From Somniosus microcephalus (Eukaryota): a DNA stretch of 64,000 nucleotides. Positions 60,014 to 64,000 of this stretch are shown here, in pieces; positions within the stretch are counted from its first letter, which is position 1; each line of letters opens with the position of its first letter. The position numbers and the translations under genes were made by a program. The notes below the pieces were generated by a model that made no database searches, was not told where the DNA came from, and worked only from the letters and a program-made list of their open reading frames with translations. Where the stretch lies: positions 9,920,001 through 9,984,000 of the forward strand of contig JBMRGM010000041.1 of assembly GCA_052327205.1 (NCBI GenBank). The letters run 5' to 3'.

Positions 60014-61161
60014 ATGGGGGTTGCATGGGGTGCCAACGCGGAGCTGCAGCGCCATGTCCGTAGGGCTCGCAGACGCATTGTGAGAGGGGCAGCCCTGGCT
60101 AGAGGCAGAGGGGGCTACAGGCGTCGGCCACGTAGGCCTTACCCAGTCAGGCTATACCGCCAGCAGCGCTCCTACCTAAACATGAGTGCCGCGCGATGTG
60201 TTAGAAGGCTCCGATTCCGAAAGGAGGTGATTGCAGAGATCTGCCACCTGCTTCGCAGAGATCTGCGGCCAAAGCTCAGGTGCAGGACGTCTCTGTCGGT
60301 GGAAGTGAAGGTGACGGTGGCATTGAACTTCTATGCCACCGGCTCCTTCCAATCCGCTGCTGGGGACATAGCAAACATCTCCCAGTACGGCGCGCATCGC
60401 TGCATCCGCCAGGTGACCGAAGCACTGTTCAGAAGGAGAAGCCAATTCATCTCCTTCCCCATGGCCCTGGAGAGCCAGCATCAGCGCGCATTGGGATTTG
60501 CCAGACTCGGGGACTTCCCCTTGGTGCAGGGCGCCATTGACTGTACGCATGTGGCTTTGCGGGCCCCTCTGGAGCATGGCGAGCAGTATCGCAACAGGAA
60601 GGGCTACCATTCTCTGAATGTGCAGCTGGTGTGTGACCACAAGCAGCGCATCATGGCTGTCAATGCCAGCTTCCCAGGCAGCAGCCACGATGCCTTTATC
60701 CTGCGGCAGAGTACTGTGCATGACATGTTCAAGGCACAGCCTCCCCCAAGAGGATGGCTACTCGGGGACAAAGGCTATCCTTTGTGTACCTGGCTCATGA
60801 CCCCGCTCCGCGCGCCCAGGACCGCTGCTGAAGAGGCCTACAACGAGAGCCATCAAACCACCCGCAACATCATCGAGCAAACTATTGGGGTCCTCAAGCA
60901 GCAGTTCCGCTGCCTTGATCGCTCCGGAGGAGCTCTCCAGTATTCGCCGGACTGGGTCTCCCAATTTGTGGTAGTTTGCTGCATGCTACACAACCTGGCT
61001 ATCCGCAGGACTCAGGCACTGCCACCTGACTTGGAGCAGCACCTCAGGAGGAGGAGCAGGAGGAGCATGAGGAGGAGGAGGAGGTGCAGGAGTACGTTCC
61101 CAGGAGGGAGCGACCAGGGCCAAGGGCCGCGCGACGCCACCTTATTACACGGTACTTCTAA
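60014..61161 (+). CDS. Harbinger DDE transposase (HARBI1-like) with a probable 1-bp deletion near 61030
   Basis: LNFYATGSFQ, GAIDCTH, NRKGYHSLNVQLVCD, PGSSHDA, LLGDKGY, RNIIEQTIG, CCMLHN; the acidic tail ...EEEEEVQE...RRHLITRYF* lies in the -1 frame. Confidence 0.9.
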
Positions 61162-61524
61162 GCCCCCTGTCAGGGAATGCCTTGGGGCCATGAGGGAAGA
61201 TGAATGCAGCCGCTTCGCAAGCCCTCAGCCGGTGAAGCCAACAAACACTAAGAAGAACAACCATGGAGACTGCATGAATAAAGATAAATTTTTATTACAC
61301 AAAAATGAAAAACCCTTCCCACATGAATCCCCAAAAACAATCAACGGGCCCCACAAAAAGCCCAACAAACGACTCACTCCCACAAACTGGGGAGGAGTCA
61401 CTCCACATTTGTACAACCCGGGCCTCAACCTCGGCCTAACGCAAAAAAAAAGCCCACGAACCAAACAACCATGGGCAAAAGAAAGATGGCCACCGCCATA
61501 TAAAACGAAAGCTGGCCACACCCT

Positions 61525-62570
61525 CTACTGAGTGGCCCGCGAGGGCGAGACCTTGCCCAGCCTTTTGCCTCCCCTGCCCGGCCTGCTGCTCCTTCGCAAG
61601 CTCTGCCAAGTGGCTGCTGCGAGGCTGGGGGAAGGCTCCTGAGGCTCAGATGTCCTTCCGCCAGATGCCGCTGGGGGGCGGCCTACACGGCCTTTGGGCC
61701 TCGAGGGGCCGTCTGCTGAGTGGCGCACCTGAGCCTGGCCAACATCAGCTCCAGCCGCTTGCCGTTGACGCCCCAGTGGGGGAATGGCGGCGACGGATGG
61801 CGCAATGTGGGCCAGCTGGCGTCTGGGATGGGCTGGCTGGTGCTGTGGCGCGCTGGCACTCGGCCGGCCCCGCACTGCAGGATCCACAACAATCAGCCGA
61901 GGGGCGGCTCGCTGGGATGCTCCAGCGCGGCGGCTGCCCTGGCGATGCCTGCCTGAGACAGCGCGTGTGGCAGCAGTGAGTGCCCCTGTTGTCCTGGTGT
62001 GCGCCCGCATCACACCCGCCAGGGTCTTGACGGCATCAGTCAGCATGCGGCCACTCGCGGCAGTTGCTGCCCCGAACTCGCGCACACTGGTCGCCAGCGA
62101 CTCGATGGCCTCAGGCATGCGCCCCACCATGCTCATGAGCTCCGTGTGGCGCCGGTCCGAATCCTCGGCCATCTTATCCAGCTTCCGCACCTCCTCCGAG
62201 GTGAAGGTGTCCGGACTGGAGTCACGACTCTCCCACTGGGGAGGAGGGGGCCGAACTAGGGGAACCTTGCCACGTTGGTGGCGGCGAGTGTGCCGATCAG
62301 CAGCACTCCCCTCTGATCCTTCCCCCCTTTGGGGGGAAGGCCGCGGGCCACGCGCATGGCTCCTGGGTGGCTGGACGCCACTGGTCCCAGAAGCTGCATT
62401 CCCCTGCGACAGTTCCTCCAGGCACTCATCCAGTGAGGACGTGTCAAGCCTTTCGTCCTCTCCGGCGGGACCTGAGTGTTCCCCCGATGGTCCGGCTTGC
62501 TCCTCCTCCTCCTCCTCCTCCTGCTCGGAGGGGCTGTCACTGGCAGCTTCAGGGTCCTGGTCGTCACCAG
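61525..62570 (-). CDS. Harbinger Myb/SANT-like protein exon 3
   Basis: TTTCAG acceptor, phase 1, open frame with an acidic stretch running into ORF 61525-62190 and the stop. Confidence 0.75.
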
Positions 62571-62729
62571 CTGAAAGCAGGAATGCACAAGAGTAGCTTC
62601 AGAGTGAGGAGACGGCGTCAGCGAGGGAGTTAGGACTGGTGGCATTCAGCGCATTGGTGGGACAGTGGCAAAGGAGGTAGCTCGGATGCGCAAGTGCGAC
62701 GCGAGAGGGCCAAAAGGCGAGGTCCTTAC

Positions 62730-62892
62730 CATTGCCGGGCAGTGGAGGGTCGGCTACTCCGCACGCTGTGCGCACAATCAGACGGGCTCCCATGAGCACA
62801 CACACGCGCTCCTCCAGCCGAGTGAGCTTCTGCAGCTTTGCGCGGCCTCCCCTGGCCCTGGCACGGGCCTGGCGATTATACGCAACTTTAGC
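62730..62892 (-). CDS. Harbinger Myb/SANT-like protein exon 2
   Basis: AKVAYNRQARARARGGRAKLQKLTRLEERV; CAG/GTAAGG. Confidence 0.8.
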
Positions 62893-63123
62893 CTGCAAGA
62901 GAAAGGACGGGCTGTAAGTGCGCAGTGTAGCCCTGATGTAGTGTGCACTGCCTCCCATGGTGGAATAGCTGGGCCAGAGTGTAGAGTGCAGAATGGCCAA
63001 TTGATGCTCATGACTGTCCCAATGCTGCTGGCTGAGGGCTGGCCATTAGGACTTTCAGCTCCCTTTGCCCATCATGTCAGGTGTACATGCAAGAATGAGG
63101 AGGAGACTGGAAAGGGTACTCAC

Positions 63124-63369
63124 CCTGACAATCCTGGTCAGGTCATTGTATTTTTTACGACATTGTTTGTGGGTCCTGGGGGCATCGCCGGTGAACGTCA
63201 CCCTTTGGGCGATCTGCTTCCAGGCTCTGGTGTAGTCGTGGTGGTTCGGATTCCTCCCACTCTCTGGGAACAAGATCCTGCGCCTCTGCTCCAGAGCTGT
63301 GACCATTATGTCCAGATCACCCTCTGAGAAGCGCAGGGCACGCTCACGGGCCTTCTCTGGTGTTGCCAT
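63124..63369 (-). CDS. Harbinger Myb/SANT-like protein exon 1
   Basis: MATPEKARERALRFSEGDL...AWKQIAQRV...RTHKQCRKKYNDL, a trihelix/Myb-SANT pattern; AGG|GTGAGT donor. Confidence 0.85.
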
Positions 63370-63726
63370 GACTCCCTGGGGCTGAGCAGCAGTGTTGAGG
63401 CCTCTTTGCAAGGCTGCAGTGTGCAGGGCGTGGCAGCAGACCAATTCGTCCCTTCCCCCTTTAAGAGCTGGTCGGCGCCACGGGGTCTGCTGTCAGTCAA
63501 AAAATGACCGCATCCGCGCTGCGCCCCGCCTGGGCGCTATCCCTCTGGACCGCCGGCTTAGCACCTAAAGATAGTAGTGGAACGCCTCTTTTAGCGCTCC
63601 AACAACCTCTTAGGGCGAAGCCACTGAATTTCCGGCAACGGGGCGCTACTTTGGGGCGGGCGCTAACTTCGGGCGGGCGCTAAGGTTAGCGCCCCAAAAC
63701 TGGCTATACTGAAATTCTAGGCCTAG

Positions 63727-64000
63727 GGGCCTTCCGACCTCCCGCTGGCAGGAGGTGCTCCCCGATGCGCTCCACTCGATTCGGTCACTGCTCTGCACTG
63801 CCACCAATGCCACCCCTCACGAGAAAATGTTTGTCTTCCCAAGGAAGTCCACATCGGGGACAGCGTTACCGCCATGGCTGACGTCCCCAGGGCCGGTACT
63901 ACTGAGAAGACACGTGAGGACCAATAAAACGGACCCCCTGGTCAAGAGGGTCGACCTCCTCCACGCCAACCCCCAGTACGCTTACATTGCGTACCCGGAC
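63727..64000 (+). mobile_element. Gypsy integrase C-terminal part, resuming after the Harbinger
   Basis: removing the insertion and one TSD restores ALKSRGLPTSRWQEVLPDALHSIRSLLCTATNATPHE...LLHANPQYAYIAYPD. Confidence 0.9.

Larger units (their letters stand above)
59514..63723. mobile_element. complete PIF/Harbinger DNA transposon (4210 bp)
   Basis: TIRs GGGCTAGATTTTCAGT / ACTGAAATTCTAGGCC (14/16), 3-bp TSD TAG at 59511-13 and 63724-26, two convergent genes. Confidence 0.93.

Noticed and set aside
61162-61531. C-terminal extension of the 512-aa transposase ORF
   Set aside because: Read-through caused by a frameshift near 61030; it crosses the poly(A) signals, and the natural acidic tail and stop are in another frame.

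Overview
Repeat-dense, GC-rich vertebrate genomic DNA. The repeat families (HE1/V-SINE, DeuSINE, LF-SINE-like, CR1, Penelope) point to a cartilaginous fish (shark); this is an inference. Two spliced host genes lie on the minus strand in the same order as at human 1q22. The first is the 5' four coding exons of GLMP (14633 to 4052; the rest lies outside the window). The second is CCT3 (ATG 48636, stop 25734): 13 of 14 coding exons are visible, exon 3 most likely lies in the 500-N gap, and intron 7 is GC-AG. Directly upstream of the CCT3 CpG/CCAAT promoter is a ~6.8 kb array of an 18-bp unit. The unit contains the ACTACAATTCCC (ZNF143/THAP11-associated) promoter motif and appears to have grown out of the promoter's own site. 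Beyond it is a Gypsy LTR retrotransposon with a YLDN RT motif and no clear tRNA primer site; its post-LTR segment is instead complementary to its own LTR poly(A) region. Its integrase is interrupted by a complete 4.2 kb PIF/Harbinger transposon (transposase plus a 3-exon Myb/SANT gene). Introns and intergenic DNA hold nested LINE/SINE/MITE fragments, including a near full-length RTEX-like LINE. Repeat boundaries are read by eye and approximate, and family names are from recognition, not database search.
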